From: Thermodesulfobacteriota bacterium
Lineage (GTDB): Bacteria > Desulfobacterota > BSN033 > WVXP01 > G020346125
Reading direction: 5' to 3'
Assembly (NCBI GenBank): GCA_030145085.1
Contig: JAQYWG010000001.1
Location: 1 to 60,553 of the forward strand
Length of the DNA: 60,553 bases
In this document: piece by piece, positions 16,441 to 26,232 of the stretch
Layout: the number at the start of each line of letters is the position of its first letter
Position numbering within the stretch: the stretch's first letter is position 1
Translations under genes and position numbers: made by a program
Notes under the pieces: model-generated
The model's database searches: none
The model's input: only the letters and a program-made list of their open reading frames with translations
Told to the model about the DNA's origin: nothing

Positions 16441-18177
16441 ATGGAAGGTTTCTTTAGAAGGCTTCTCCGAATTGATCTGAGCAACCAATCCTGGGCATGG
16501 GAAACGGTCCCGGGGAATCTCATAGAGGATTACCTGGGGGGGAAAGGAATGGGAACTTTTCTCCTTACTCAGGAAACCCCTCCAGGGATTGACTCGAGCG
16601 ACCCGCAGAACCCCATCATCTTCTCCAACGGATGCTTTGCTGACCTCCCCATTTACGGCTCCAGCCGATATGGGATCTTTACCAAATCGGCCCAGACGAG
16701 AGGATACCTGGAATGTTATGGGGGTGGGCACACAGCGATTCTCCTTTCTCGAACGGGGAATGATGCTATCATCATAAAAGGGAAATCCGTAGATCCCGTC
16801 TTCCTTGAAATCTCCCATAAGGGGGTTTTTTTTCGAGATGCATCTCCCATCTGGGGGCTCCCCACGGATCAAAGTGTGGAAATGATGCTTGGGGTAGTGG
16901 TAGAACCGCAGGCTTCCGCCCTCGTTATCGGCCCTGCGGGAGAAGCGGGGGTGAAATTTGCCATGGTGATCAACGAAGGAGGACGCTCCTTCGGGCGGGG
17001 GGGTCTCGGGGCCATTTGGGGTTCAAAGAGGCTGAAAGGGGTGGTCTTCCATGGAACGGAGAACCGCAGGCCCGCGGATCTTTCGAGGTTGAAGGTCTTT
17101 TACAAGAAGATGCAAAAGGAGGGGAAGGGGAGGGCACTAACCCGCATGTTCCGCACCTACGGTTCTCCCATGATGGTGGGGATCATGAACACCATGAAGG
17201 CATTTCCCACCCGCTATTGGGAAGAGGGGGCCGTTCAGGGATGGGAGCATCTCACAGCGGAACACCTCAAGAAAACCTGCCAGGTGAGGTCTATTTCCTG
17301 CCCCCATTGCTTTCTGGCCTGCGGAAAGCGAACGAAAGTAAAGAAAGGTCCCTACAAGGGACTTACGATATCGGGCCCTAACTATCAGACTATTGCGGCT
17401 TTCGGGGGCCTTTGCCTCATTAGTTCCCTTGAGGAAATCCTCTATCTGAATGATCTGTGTAATCGACTTGGGCTGGATACGGTGAGCGCTGGAAATGTAA
17501 TAGCCTTCGCCATGAAAGCCTCACAGGACGGAAGATTGGATCTCAACCTTCCCTTCGGGGATGCGGCACGTACTGAGGAAATACTCCAGAGGATAGCCCA
17601 TCGTGATAGTCTGGGCGGAATCCTGGCAGAGGGAGTGAGAGATGCTGCCCGCACCCTTGGGCTGGAGGATCTTGCCATCCATGTAAAAGGTTTGGAGCCT
17701 CCCGGGTTTGACCCCCGTTCCTTGAAAGGAATGGGCCTGGCATATGCTACTTCGCAAAGGGGAGCTACCCATCTTCAGAGTCTCTTCTATCTCGACGAGA
17801 TCAAAAGGGAATACAAGGCGGAGGATATCCGGGAATTGGTGCGGGCCTTGGTAGAAACAGAAGACCGTATGACCCTTTTTGATATGTTGCTCCTCTGTAA
17901 ATTCTATCGGAATTATCTCGGATGGGACGATATTATCTATCTCATCGAGGCGGTGACTGGAAGACGGTTCCGTGAGGAGGAACTCCGTGAGCGGGCTTCA
18001 AAGATCCTGAGCCTATCCATGGCCTTTAACAGACAGGAAGGAATCTCCATTGAGGAGGATACGCTACCGGTGAAGTTCTTAAGAAAGGCCGGCAAAAATG
18101 GCATCTGCCTGCCGCGTGAGGAACTGGAGATCATGGTGGCGGAATATCATCGCCTGCGGGGATGGAGAGGAGAATGA
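16441..18177 (+). CDS. aor: Aldehyde:ferredoxin oxidoreductase family (tungstopterin) enzyme
   Basis: 578 aa. N-terminus RLLRIDLSNQSW...EDYLGGKGMG. Cys cluster SCPHCFLACGK. The C-terminal EDTLPxxFL motif is typical of the AOR family. Confidence 0.9.
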   Translation: MEGFFRRLLRIDLSNQSWAWETVPGNLIEDYLGGKGMGTFLLTQETPPGIDSSDPQNPIIFSNGCFADLPIYGSSRYGIFTKSAQTRGYLECYGGGHTAILLSRTGNDAIIIKGKSVDPVFLEISHKGVFFRDASPIWGLPTDQSVEMMLGVVVEPQASALVIGPAGEAGVKFAMVINEGGRSFGRGGLGAIWGSKRLKGVVFHGTENRRPADLSRLKVFYKKMQKEGKGRALTRMFRTYGSPMMVGIMNTMKAFPTRYWEEGAVQGWEHLTAEHLKKTCQVRSISCPHCFLACGKRTKVKKGPYKGLTISGPNYQTIAAFGGLCLISSLEEILYLNDLCNRLGLDTVSAGNVIAFAMKASQDGRLDLNLPFGDAARTEEILQRIAHRDSLGGILAEGVRDAARTLGLEDLAIHVKGLEPPGFDPRSLKGMGLAYATSQRGATHLQSLFYLDEIKREYKAEDIRELVRALVETEDRMTLFDMLLLCKFYRNYLGWDDIIYLIEAVTGRRFREEELRERASKILSLSMAFNRQEGISIEEDTLPVKFLRKAGKNGICLPREELEIMVAEYHRLRGWRGE

Positions 18178-18273
18178 TCCGGGCAGAGAGTAAATGTATG
18201 AGGAATCGGATGAAGTAAATCGGCAACGAAATCCCCCTTCCAGAGATCTCAAGAGTTTTCCTTGACACTGGTC

Positions 18274-19983
18274 TCAGCAGATGAGGATATCCCTCAGTTC
18301 CAGTTGAATATTTTTCACCCCCTGCCACTCGTTGATCTGAGGGACAAAGGCGATCCTGACCCGTTTCGACTCCAAGGGGTAAAGGTGCCCCATGTGGAAC
18401 CCGATGGCATCGTAAATGACATCATCCTCCTCCACCCTCAACTTCACGTTGTCCTCCCCTACTATCCTGGAATCCAGCACCCTCAATTCCCTTGAGCAAA
18501 ATACTGGCTTGGGGTTGGAGGATCCAAAAGGGGCAAGCAAGGAGAGCTCTTCTATGAACTCCTTTTCGATGACGGGCAAAACCACCTCGGAGTCGATTCG
18601 TAGTTTGGGAATGAAATCGCTGGGTTTACAGCCCTGTGACACCAGCTCTTCGAACCGGCCCTTAAATGCCTCGATCTTCTCCCTTTCGATGGTGAGGCCG
18701 ACCGCAAACCGGTGCCCCCCAAAACTCAAGAGCAGAGGGCTGCACATCTTTACCCCCTCATAGAGATCGAACCCCTCGATACCCCTTCCCGAACCCTTTC
18801 CCCGATCCCCATCGAAGGAAATCAAGATCGTTGGTCTATAGTGGTGTTCCACCAAGCGCGAGGCCACGATTCCGATAACCCCTGGATGCCAGGACTCAGA
18901 AGAGAAGACCAAAGAGTTTCTCTGCAGTAGCTGGCCATCCTCCTCTATCCAGCCCATGATCTCAGTGAGAATATCCTCTTCCAACCGCTGCCTCTTGCTA
19001 TTTTCCAGGTTCAGCTCTCGGGCTATGTCCTCCGCCTTCTTGGGCTCCTGGGTCACCAAGAGCTCGATCCCCTTTTGGGCATCCCCAAGACGGCCGGCTG
19101 CGTTGATTCGGGGGGCCAGTTTGAATCCGACATTTCCCGTTGTGATGATGGCATCCTTCAAACCGCAGACCGCTTTAAGGACCCGGATGCCAAGACGACT
19201 GGCCTTGGTCAACTCCTCCAGGCCGTACCGGACGAAGATACGATTTTCGTCCAGAAGGGGGACAATATCGGCCACCGTTCCCATCGCCACCAGGTCAAGA
19301 TATCTCCTGAGATTGGGGACTTCCGTATCCCCCCATGCCCCCCGTTCCCGCAGCTTGGACCTGAGGGCAATGACTAAGTTAAAGACCACCCCTACGCCAG
19401 CCAATGATCTGAAGGGGAAGGAACAATCCCCACGTTTCGGGTTGAGGATGGCATAAGCTGGGGGAGTCTCGTTAGGGACTTCATGGTGATCGGTGATGAT
19501 GACGTCCACACCCATTTCCTGAGCCTTCTTGACCGCATCCATATCGGAGATGCCGCAATCAGCGGTAATGATCAACTTCACCCCCTGTTGAGCGAACTTC
19601 CCTATGATATCCGGGTGGAGGCCGTATCCCCTCTCGATTCGATGGGGGATGTAAAAACGGTGGGGGAATTGGAGGGATTGAAAGAAGAGGATGAGAATGG
19701 CTATGGAGGTGACCCCATCGACGTCATAATCCCCGTAGATTAAGACCTTTTCTTGCTTTGAAAGCGCCTGGATAACACGATCCACAGCCTTGTCCATATC
19801 CTTCATGAGAAAGGGGGAATGGAGATGGGATAGACTGGGATGGAGGAATTGATATGCCTGATCGATTTGATTGATGCCGCGGTTTGCTAAGACTTGGGCG
19901 GTAAGAGGGGATATCTCCAATTCCCTCGAAAAGGTTTCTTGAAGCGATGGATTCGGAGGGTAGATCTCCCACCTTTTCTTCAT
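18274..19983 (-). CDS. recJ: Single-stranded-DNA-specific exonuclease RecJ
   Basis: DHH motifs (IYGDYDVDGVTS, ITADCGI, VIITDHH) and DHHA1 (GGHRFAVG); 569 aa. Confidence 0.93.
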   Translation of the reverse strand: MKKRWEIYPPNPSLQETFSRELEISPLTAQVLANRGINQIDQAYQFLHPSLSHLHSPFLMKDMDKAVDRVIQALSKQEKVLIYGDYDVDGVTSIAILILFFQSLQFPHRFYIPHRIERGYGLHPDIIGKFAQQGVKLIITADCGISDMDAVKKAQEMGVDVIITDHHEVPNETPPAYAILNPKRGDCSFPFRSLAGVGVVFNLVIALRSKLRERGAWGDTEVPNLRRYLDLVAMGTVADIVPLLDENRIFVRYGLEELTKASRLGIRVLKAVCGLKDAIITTGNVGFKLAPRINAAGRLGDAQKGIELLVTQEPKKAEDIARELNLENSKRQRLEEDILTEIMGWIEEDGQLLQRNSLVFSSESWHPGVIGIVASRLVEHHYRPTILISFDGDRGKGSGRGIEGFDLYEGVKMCSPLLLSFGGHRFAVGLTIEREKIEAFKGRFEELVSQGCKPSDFIPKLRIDSEVVLPVIEKEFIEELSLLAPFGSSNPKPVFCSRELRVLDSRIVGEDNVKLRVEEDDVIYDAIGFHMGHLYPLESKRVRIAFVPQINEWQGVKNIQLELRDILIC

Positions 19984-20927
19984 GGTATCCTTAGACTTCC
20001 CACCAGTTCATTGATATGCTGGAATCCATTCTTCACTAGATAGGCTTCTATGCCATCGATGATCTCGACACAGGCATTGGGGTTGACGAAGTTGGCCGTC
20101 CCCACTTGGACGGCACAGGCCCCAGCAATGATAAACTCCAAGGCATCCTCCGGAGTCATAATGCCGCCTATTCCTATCACGGGGATCTGCACCGCATTCA
20201 CAGCCTCCCACACTAACCTGAGAGCCACGGGTTTTATGGCCGGACCCGAAAGCCCACCGATGATATTGTCCAACAAGGGTCTTCGGGATTGTGGGTCGAC
20301 GGCCATGGCCATAAGGGTGTTGATGAGGGAGATGCCGTCGGCCCCGGCCTCCTCCACGGCTTTGGCTATGAGGGTGATATCCGTGACATTGGGCGAGAGT
20401 TTTACGATGATCGGCCGGTGAGCCGACCGTTTAACCGTCCGGACGACGAGGTGGGCCATTTTCGGATCTGCCCCAAAGAGGACACCTCCCTTCGCCACAT
20501 TTGGACAGGAAATATTCACCTCCAGACCCGCAATTCCGGGGACGTCGTCCAGTCTCTTGGCCAACTCCCGGAACTCTCCGGCAGTTCCCCCAAAGATGCT
20601 GGCTATGACCGGAGTTTTGAATTGTCTCAAAAAGGGTACCTTATCTCTTATGAAGGCTTGAAGGCCAACGTTTTGAAGGCCGATAGAGTTAATCATACCG
20701 CTCGCCGTTTCCACGATGCGGGGCGGGGAATTCCCTTCCATGGGCTTGATGGAGATTCCCTTGGTAATAATACCCCCCAACCGATTGAGATCCACTATAC
20801 GAACAAACTCCTCGCCATACCCGAAAGTTCCCGAGGCCGCCATAACGGGGTTTTTCAATTTGATCCCCGCTATATCAATTGACATGCGAGGACTATGACC
20901 CGGGCTTTTCGGCCCTTCGTACGTCAT
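19980..20927 (-). CDS. pyrD: Dihydroorotate dehydrogenase B, catalytic subunit
   Basis: GIKLKNPVMAASGTFGYGEE, EVNISCPN, GLSGPAIKPVALR, IGIGGI. 4-nt overlap with pyrK. Confidence 0.93.
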   Translation of the reverse strand: MTYEGPKSPGHSPRMSIDIAGIKLKNPVMAASGTFGYGEEFVRIVDLNRLGGIITKGISIKPMEGNSPPRIVETASGMINSIGLQNVGLQAFIRDKVPFLRQFKTPVIASIFGGTAGEFRELAKRLDDVPGIAGLEVNISCPNVAKGGVLFGADPKMAHLVVRTVKRSAHRPIIVKLSPNVTDITLIAKAVEEAGADGISLINTLMAMAVDPQSRRPLLDNIIGGLSGPAIKPVALRLVWEAVNAVQIPVIGIGGIMTPEDALEFIIAGACAVQVGTANFVNPNACVEIIDGIEAYLVKNGFQHINELVGSLRIP

Positions 20928-21838
20928 ATTTTCCTCCAGTCTATTTCCTCGGAATTGAAGACGGGTCCCTCCTTACAGACCCGCTTATAGGAGGCGCCCT
21001 TTTCATGGCGGGTTTCCCCCTGAGATTTGACTGGACGTTCCCCTTTCGTCCTGATCACACACCCCAGACATGCTCCCAAACCGCAGGCCATCCTGGACTC
21101 CAAGGAGACCTGGCAGGGGATGGATTGAGACTTTGCTATCTCGGCGATGGATTTCAACATTCCTACTGGCCCACAGGCGAATAATCCCGAGGGATCCGGG
21201 AGACCGTGGAGAAAGGATCTGACCATATCCGAAACCATACCCCTGAACCCCAGGCTTCCATCCTCCGTAGCCATATGGACATCGGCTCCCAATCCTCGGA
21301 ACTCGTCCACGCAGAGGATGTGCTCCTTCGTTTTTCCGCCTATGAAGACCGAACATTGAAGTCCAAGTGCTTTCATCTTCTGGCCCAAGGCGAAAAGGCC
21401 GGCCGCACCTATTCCCCCCGCTATCAGAACCTGAACACCCTTGTTGATGGACAAAGAGAAACCCTTCCCCAGGGGGCCCAGGATATCGAGCCTCTTTCCC
21501 CTTTTCCAACTTGCCATGAGATTCGTTCCCTTTCCCACAATCTTATAGAGAATCTCGATGTCGCTGCCCTCCTTGGTCCTCAATTCCCTGAGGGAATGTA
21601 TGCTGAATGGTCTCCTCAAAAGGGGAAAGGGTTCTTCCGATATCCTGACCATCACAAACTGGCCCGGATGGATATCCTCGTACGGAATGGGTGTCCGTAT
21701 TCTCATCTTATGATAAGAGGAAACAACCATGGGATTCTCCAGAAGAGTCCCACAGACCAGATAGGGCCCCCCTCCTTCCTTGGCTACTGATGGAGAAGAG
21801 TTCATCGATCTATCTTTGATGGTCTCGTAAGAATTCAT
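20924..21838 (-). CDS. pyrK: Dihydroorotate dehydrogenase B electron-transfer subunit (FAD/2Fe-2S)
   Basis: FAD/NAD-binding pattern (RRPFSI, LIAGGIGAAG). C-terminal Cys cluster CGLGACLGCV...VCKEGPVF. Confidence 0.88.
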   Translation of the reverse strand: MNSYETIKDRSMNSSPSVAKEGGGPYLVCGTLLENPMVVSSYHKMRIRTPIPYEDIHPGQFVMVRISEEPFPLLRRPFSIHSLRELRTKEGSDIEILYKIVGKGTNLMASWKRGKRLDILGPLGKGFSLSINKGVQVLIAGGIGAAGLFALGQKMKALGLQCSVFIGGKTKEHILCVDEFRGLGADVHMATEDGSLGFRGMVSDMVRSFLHGLPDPSGLFACGPVGMLKSIAEIAKSQSIPCQVSLESRMACGLGACLGCVIRTKGERPVKSQGETRHEKGASYKRVCKEGPVFNSEEIDWRKI

Positions 21839-21841
21839 AAA

Positions 21842-22084
21842 TCAAAAGGCACAGTAATAAGCTCCAGATGCAAGGCGCGTGAATCTTTAGGAATGAGGCG
21901 TACTTTCCAGTACGCCGCAGTGACTAAAGATGAAGCGCAACGCCGCCCTTCGACTTTGCTCAGGGCCGTGAGTCCTTCGACCTTGCTCAGGACCGTGAGC
22001 TTGTCGAACGGCCTGTCGAACGGCCCTTCGACTTTACTCAGGGCCATGAGCCTGTCGAATGGCAGATGGATTTTTTACGAAGCC
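21842..22084 (+). repeat. Intergenic repeat family 1, copy a (with internal tandem sub-repeats)
   Basis: Shares ccagatgcaaggcgcg...ccgtgagtccttcgaccttgctcaggaccgtgagcttgtcgaacggcctgtcgaatggcagatgga-ttttacgaagcc with 45304-45514. It abuts the rimI stop codon. Confidence 0.85.
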
Positions 22085-22085
22085 G

Positions 22086-22559
22086 TCATCTTCCGTTCAG
22101 CTTCAATCCCATGATGAGGGCATCTTCGCCGTTATCGGCATAGTAGTGGGGTCTCAATCCCAGTTTTCGGAACCCCATTTTCCGATACATTTTGATGGCA
22201 GGATTGTTTGATGAACGAACGTCCAAGGTTATGGTTTTCACCTTCATCGTGAGGCAGAAGTCGTAGAAAAATCGCATCAAATGCGTGCCCAAACCCATAC
22301 GACGGTAGTCCGGATGTACGGCGATATTCAGTATATGGGCCTCACCGTGAAACAACCAGCTACAAATGTAACCTACGAGGATGTCCCCGTTTCCACTGGA
22401 ATTCAGCTTCCCAGTGAAATTGTGGGCAAAATCCAGGTATAATTCCGACTTGAACATCTCTTCATTCCATGGAATGGGGAAGGAGAATCTTTCGATTGCT
22501 AACACACCCTTCAGATCAACTTCGCTCATTTCTGAGATCCTAAGTCGATTGGTATCCAC
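22086..22559 (-). CDS. rimI: GNAT acetyltransferase, ribosomal-protein-alanine N-acetyltransferase-like
   Basis: 157 aa. LNIAVHPDYRRMGLGTHLM (acetyl-CoA binding R/Q-x-x-G-x-G/A) and MYRKMGF. Confidence 0.8.
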   Translation of the reverse strand: MDTNRLRISEMSEVDLKGVLAIERFSFPIPWNEEMFKSELYLDFAHNFTGKLNSSGNGDILVGYICSWLFHGEAHILNIAVHPDYRRMGLGTHLMRFFYDFCLTMKVKTITLDVRSSNNPAIKMYRKMGFRKLGLRPHYYADNGEDALIMGLKLNGR

Positions 22560-24475
22560 TACTGTCTACTTTCCTCCGTTTCCAGCTCATCCAGCATCTT
22601 CTGGATAATACCCTTCAGCTCGGGGTCCTTCGAGTCCTTCAGCACCTTTTTGTAAGCCGCCTTTGCCTGCGTGATCTTTCCCAATTGTCTCTGAATATTT
22701 CCCACCTCAAATTGCGCCAGCTCATACCACGGCGTCTGGGCCTTGAAATTCCCTTCGATGGCCCTGAAGTTCTCCATGGCTTTCGAGTAATTGGCCTGCT
22801 TGAAATAGATCTCCCCACAGCGAAAATAGGACTCGGCCAACACCCGTTTGTCATCTGTGTTCAGGGCCAGGGTATACGCATCCAATGCCTTTTCCTCATT
22901 TCCCTCGTTAAAGTAAATGGTTCCCAATCGAAAGGCGGCCAAAGGGCTTAAGGGACTGTTGGGAAAATCCTCGATAAGCCGGTGAAAGACCTCCTTTACC
23001 TTTTCCAGGTCTCTCCGTAATATATAAATTTTACCCAGATTGAATAGGGCATGGGTTGTCCACTTCCCCGTCTTGTTGGCCTTTGTTATCTGTTGGTAGC
23101 TCCGAATGGCGAGATCGAAATCCTCTAATTTCGATGATGCCGCTCCCCTGATGAAGAGGAGCTCCTGCATGTTTTTGAAATCGGGGTATTCAAGGATCAA
23201 AATTTCAATGTTCGTTAAGGCATCCTTAAATTTCCCCTCATAGAAATAGCATTTCGCCATTTTGAACAGTCCATTTTCTCGATATTCGGGAATATTAATC
23301 AGGTTGAAATAATAGGGGAGGGCCTCCGAATATCTGTTTTCGTGAAAATAGACCTCACCCAGGATGAGTTGCGATAGGTATTTCTCCCTTTCATGGGCGG
23401 GAAGTTTTAGAATCTTATGGGAAATTTTGGCGGCTTCCTCGAATTCTCCCACGTTGAGATAGCACCATCCCATATGGAGAAGAGATTGACCGAATCTGGG
23501 ATTTTGGGAAAAATCCTGGACCACTCCTTTAAACTCCTCCAGGGCCTTGGTATAGTCCTCCTGTTGGAGGTAAATTTCCCCCATACGGAACCGAACTTCC
23601 GGGAGCAATTTCGAATCGGAGAATCTCTTCTTAAACTGCAAGTAAGTCTGGATAGCTCCCCCTGCATCCCCTGATTGATATTGGGACCAGCCTAATCCAA
23701 AGAGTACGTCCGCGTATAAGGTGTCCTTCGGAAACAATCGGGTAAAGGTGAGATAGGCTTGCCTTGCTTTTTCATAACGACTTAGCCTCAACCGAATTTC
23801 CGCAAGCAAAAAGAGGGCTTCTCGAAAAAAGGGCTTTTGAGATGAAGCGGGGTTACCTACGAGCTTGTCCAATTGCTTTTCCGCTTCCCTATATCTTCCC
23901 TCGTTAAAGAAAATGAGGCCGAGCCAGTATTGGGCTTGGGTTAAGGTATCTCCGCCAATGGGGTGGGACATCAGTTCTCTCAAATAGTATTCCGCCTCTA
24001 CAAAGCGTTTCCACTGCACGTAGATGTTTCCCAAGTCAAAATATGCCTCACTCAAATGTTCATTTTCGTAGTGCCGAAAGACCAATCTCCTATAATATTT
24101 CACCGCTTCCTCTTGGTTCCCCAATTCGAGCCATGTCCTTCCTAGCCAGAAGAGGGCGTTTCCCATGTGTTCAAAGGAGGGAAATTCATGGACAACCTTC
24201 TGGAAAACCTCCTTAGCCTCAAGAACCTTTCCCTGGAGATAATAGGTCCTTCCGAGCAGGTAGTAGACCTGGTCAATATTGGGGCTATGGGGATAGGATT
24301 CGATGTATTTCTCGAACTGATTCTCCGCAAAACTATAGAATTTATCGTTAAAGGCACCGATGGCAATGGTGAAAAGCCTCTCTCGGGATGGTGATGCAGC
24401 TGAGGCGACACCCCATTGAATGGGATATTGGAGGGAAAAAAGGAGAAATAGGAGTAAAATTATTTTCGATGGCAT
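22559..24475 (-). CDS. Secreted multi-TPR protein (YbgF/tol-pal-like repeats)
   Basis: Signal peptide MPSKIILLLFLLFSLQYPIQWGVASAAS. About 15 TPR-like units with the recurring pattern A...Y..F...YP.S......Y.LG. Confidence 0.8.
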   Translation of the reverse strand: MPSKIILLLFLLFSLQYPIQWGVASAASPSRERLFTIAIGAFNDKFYSFAENQFEKYIESYPHSPNIDQVYYLLGRTYYLQGKVLEAKEVFQKVVHEFPSFEHMGNALFWLGRTWLELGNQEEAVKYYRRLVFRHYENEHLSEAYFDLGNIYVQWKRFVEAEYYLRELMSHPIGGDTLTQAQYWLGLIFFNEGRYREAEKQLDKLVGNPASSQKPFFREALFLLAEIRLRLSRYEKARQAYLTFTRLFPKDTLYADVLFGLGWSQYQSGDAGGAIQTYLQFKKRFSDSKLLPEVRFRMGEIYLQQEDYTKALEEFKGVVQDFSQNPRFGQSLLHMGWCYLNVGEFEEAAKISHKILKLPAHEREKYLSQLILGEVYFHENRYSEALPYYFNLINIPEYRENGLFKMAKCYFYEGKFKDALTNIEILILEYPDFKNMQELLFIRGAASSKLEDFDLAIRSYQQITKANKTGKWTTHALFNLGKIYILRRDLEKVKEVFHRLIEDFPNSPLSPLAAFRLGTIYFNEGNEEKALDAYTLALNTDDKRVLAESYFRCGEIYFKQANYSKAMENFRAIEGNFKAQTPWYELAQFEVGNIQRQLGKITQAKAAYKKVLKDSKDPELKGIIQKMLDELETEESRQ

Positions 24476-24478
24476 GAC

Positions 24479-25072
24479 TTACTCTTTTTCGACTTCCATC
24501 AAGATTTTCCGCACCGCTTCCATTTCTTCTTCGGTATTGACGTTGATGAGCGACCTCATATGAGGATCGAACTCCCTTATCTCCATTTCCTCGATATATT
24601 TCACCCTAACGTGGTGAAAGAAATTGACAATTCTCAGGTCACCACGTTCAAGCAATTGCCTCATTGGGTTTAAGCACTTCTTGGAATAAATGGCGTGTAA
24701 TGGGTGGAGTCCGTCATGGGTTTTGGGAACGATAACATCGTATGCATCCCTCTCCTCCGTCATGTATTTGATCACCCGAGGATTCAAAAGGGGCATGTCG
24801 CATGCAGTACAAAAGGCATGGTAGTTGGACGAATAGAAGAGCCCAGTGTAGAGCCCTCCAAGGGCCCCCTTGTCCCAAATGATGTCCTTTTGGAGAATGG
24901 CCTCGTATGTTTCAAAAGGGCGGGTATCATTGGCTACGATGATGATTTCCGAAAAGATTTCCTTAAATACGCGATAGACTCTGCCGAAAAGAGGGATCCC
25001 TTCCGAATCTATGAAGGCCTTATTTTTCCCCATCCTTTGGCTTTTTCCGCCTGCTAAGATGATACCCGTCAT
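24479..25072 (-). CDS. mobA: Molybdenum cofactor guanylyltransferase
   Basis: MTGIILAGGKSQRMGKNKAF N-terminus; ACDMPLL motif; 197 aa. Confidence 0.88.
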   Translation of the reverse strand: MTGIILAGGKSQRMGKNKAFIDSEGIPLFGRVYRVFKEIFSEIIIVANDTRPFETYEAILQKDIIWDKGALGGLYTGLFYSSNYHAFCTACDMPLLNPRVIKYMTEERDAYDVIVPKTHDGLHPLHAIYSKKCLNPMRQLLERGDLRIVNFFHHVRVKYIEEMEIREFDPHMRSLINVNTEEEMEAVRKILMEVEKE

Positions 25073-25198
25073 GCAAAATCCTTCAGCCCCTAAGGCCAGT
25101 TAATAGCATTTTTTATCCTCTAAATCAAGGGAACTGAGAGGGGAGTTTCCAGCGTTTTGAGCGATTACCCTTCTCCTTGAGCGAAATTCAAACGAGGA

Positions 25199-25450
25199 TC
25201 AAATCCTAAATCGACTCGGCCGAGCGACTCGACTGTCTTTGACCCTGAGGACTTCGGCGTGAGCTCAGTCGAACGCTCAGACCCGAAGGGAGCTCGTCGA
25301 AGTCTCGTCGCGGGCCGAAGCACTAAATCCTAAACAATATCTAAATCCAAATGGCCAAAAATGCTTATTTTCTAACTCCTACTGTTTTGAGTTTTTGGCT
25401 TCGGTCATTTGAATTTGTTTAGAGTTTAGAAATTAGTGTTTGGAATTTGC
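25199..25450. repeat. Repeat-like intergenic element (family 3, single copy in window) with ctaaa-type end motifs
   Basis: aaatcctaaa occurs at 25201 and again at about 25325. An inverted gtttagagtttagaaatt lies at about 25418. The GC-rich centre is rich in short gtcga/cgac and ctcag motifs. It sits in the mobA/phosphoesterase divergent gap. Confidence 0.4.
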
Positions 25451-25596
25451 TTGTATTCTCTCGGGTCACTTCGGAGGCAATGAAGCGAAGGGACAACGGT
25501 GTTTCTCCCGACGAACTCAGAAAACTCCACCGGGATTATCCCTTGACACTTGAGAATGCTATGTGGTAGGTGAAATTCTACTCGTCGGTGATCGAG

Positions 25597-26070
25597 ATGA
25601 AGATCGGTGTGATTTCGGATACCCATCTCAGAGAGCCATCCGGGCAGCTGGAAAGGATCGTCCTGGCCCATTTCAGTGACGCGGATATGATTCTGCACGC
25701 GGGGGATTTTGTAGACCAGCGCATCGTCGATTTTTTCCAACGATGGGATTTGGTCGCCGTCTTCGGGAATATGGACGCAGGGGAAGTGAGGTCTTTGCTG
25801 CCAGAAAAGAGGGTCATCGACGTTTCAGGCTTTAAGATTGGCCTGATTCATGGGTGGGGATCCCCCCTTGGTTTGGAAAAACGCGTTAAAAGTAAATTCC
25901 CACCGTTGGATTGCCTTGTGTACGGTCATACCCACTACCCTGCCAACCACAAGAGGGCGGGGCTCATCTTTTTTAACCCTGGTTCTCCAACTCGATCCTT
26001 CACCGGCCGTAACACCATCGGCATCCTTTCCCTGGGAAAAGAGATTAAAGGGGAGATCATCAGGGTTTGA
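25597..26070 (+). CDS. YfcE/MJ0936-family metallophosphoesterase
   Basis: MKIGVISDTHL, HAGDF, GNMD, LIHGW, VYGHTH. The ORF-track start at 25570 (GTG) lies inside repeat sequence, so ATG 25597 is preferred. Confidence 0.87.
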   Translation: MKIGVISDTHLREPSGQLERIVLAHFSDADMILHAGDFVDQRIVDFFQRWDLVAVFGNMDAGEVRSLLPEKRVIDVSGFKIGLIHGWGSPLGLEKRVKSKFPPLDCLVYGHTHYPANHKRAGLIFFNPGSPTRSFTGRNTIGILSLGKEIKGEIIRV

Positions 26071-26173
26071 CCTCTTTCGGTGAGCCCCATTGTGCTGTGT
26101 CGTTTGTCGCGATTGGCGAAAGTTCCAGGGCACTTATCGGCTATTCAGCGTGGAATCGAGGAAAGGAAAATGG

Positions 26174-26220
26174 TTGACAAACGTGCGTTATTTGACAATA
26201 ATTAATTATTCCGGTAAATT
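26174..26220 (+). promoter_or_regulatory. Two overlapping sigma-70-like promoter candidates upstream of the exeA-like operon
   Basis: TTGACA(26174)-N17-AATAAT(26197) and TTGACA(26192)-N17-TAAATT(26215). Confidence 0.35.
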
Positions 26221-26232
26221 GAGAGATGATAG

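Noticed and set aside
16312-16872. 186-aa minus-strand ORF overlapping the aor start
   Set aside because: It overlaps the conserved AOR N-terminus on the opposite strand and shows no recognisable motifs.
21835-22114. 70-aa and 73-aa ORFs (LSKVEG..., STLLRAVSPSTLLRTVSLSNG...)
   Set aside because: They lie wholly inside repeat family 1. The periodic peptide simply reflects the DNA sub-repeats. The same applies to 45235-45432.
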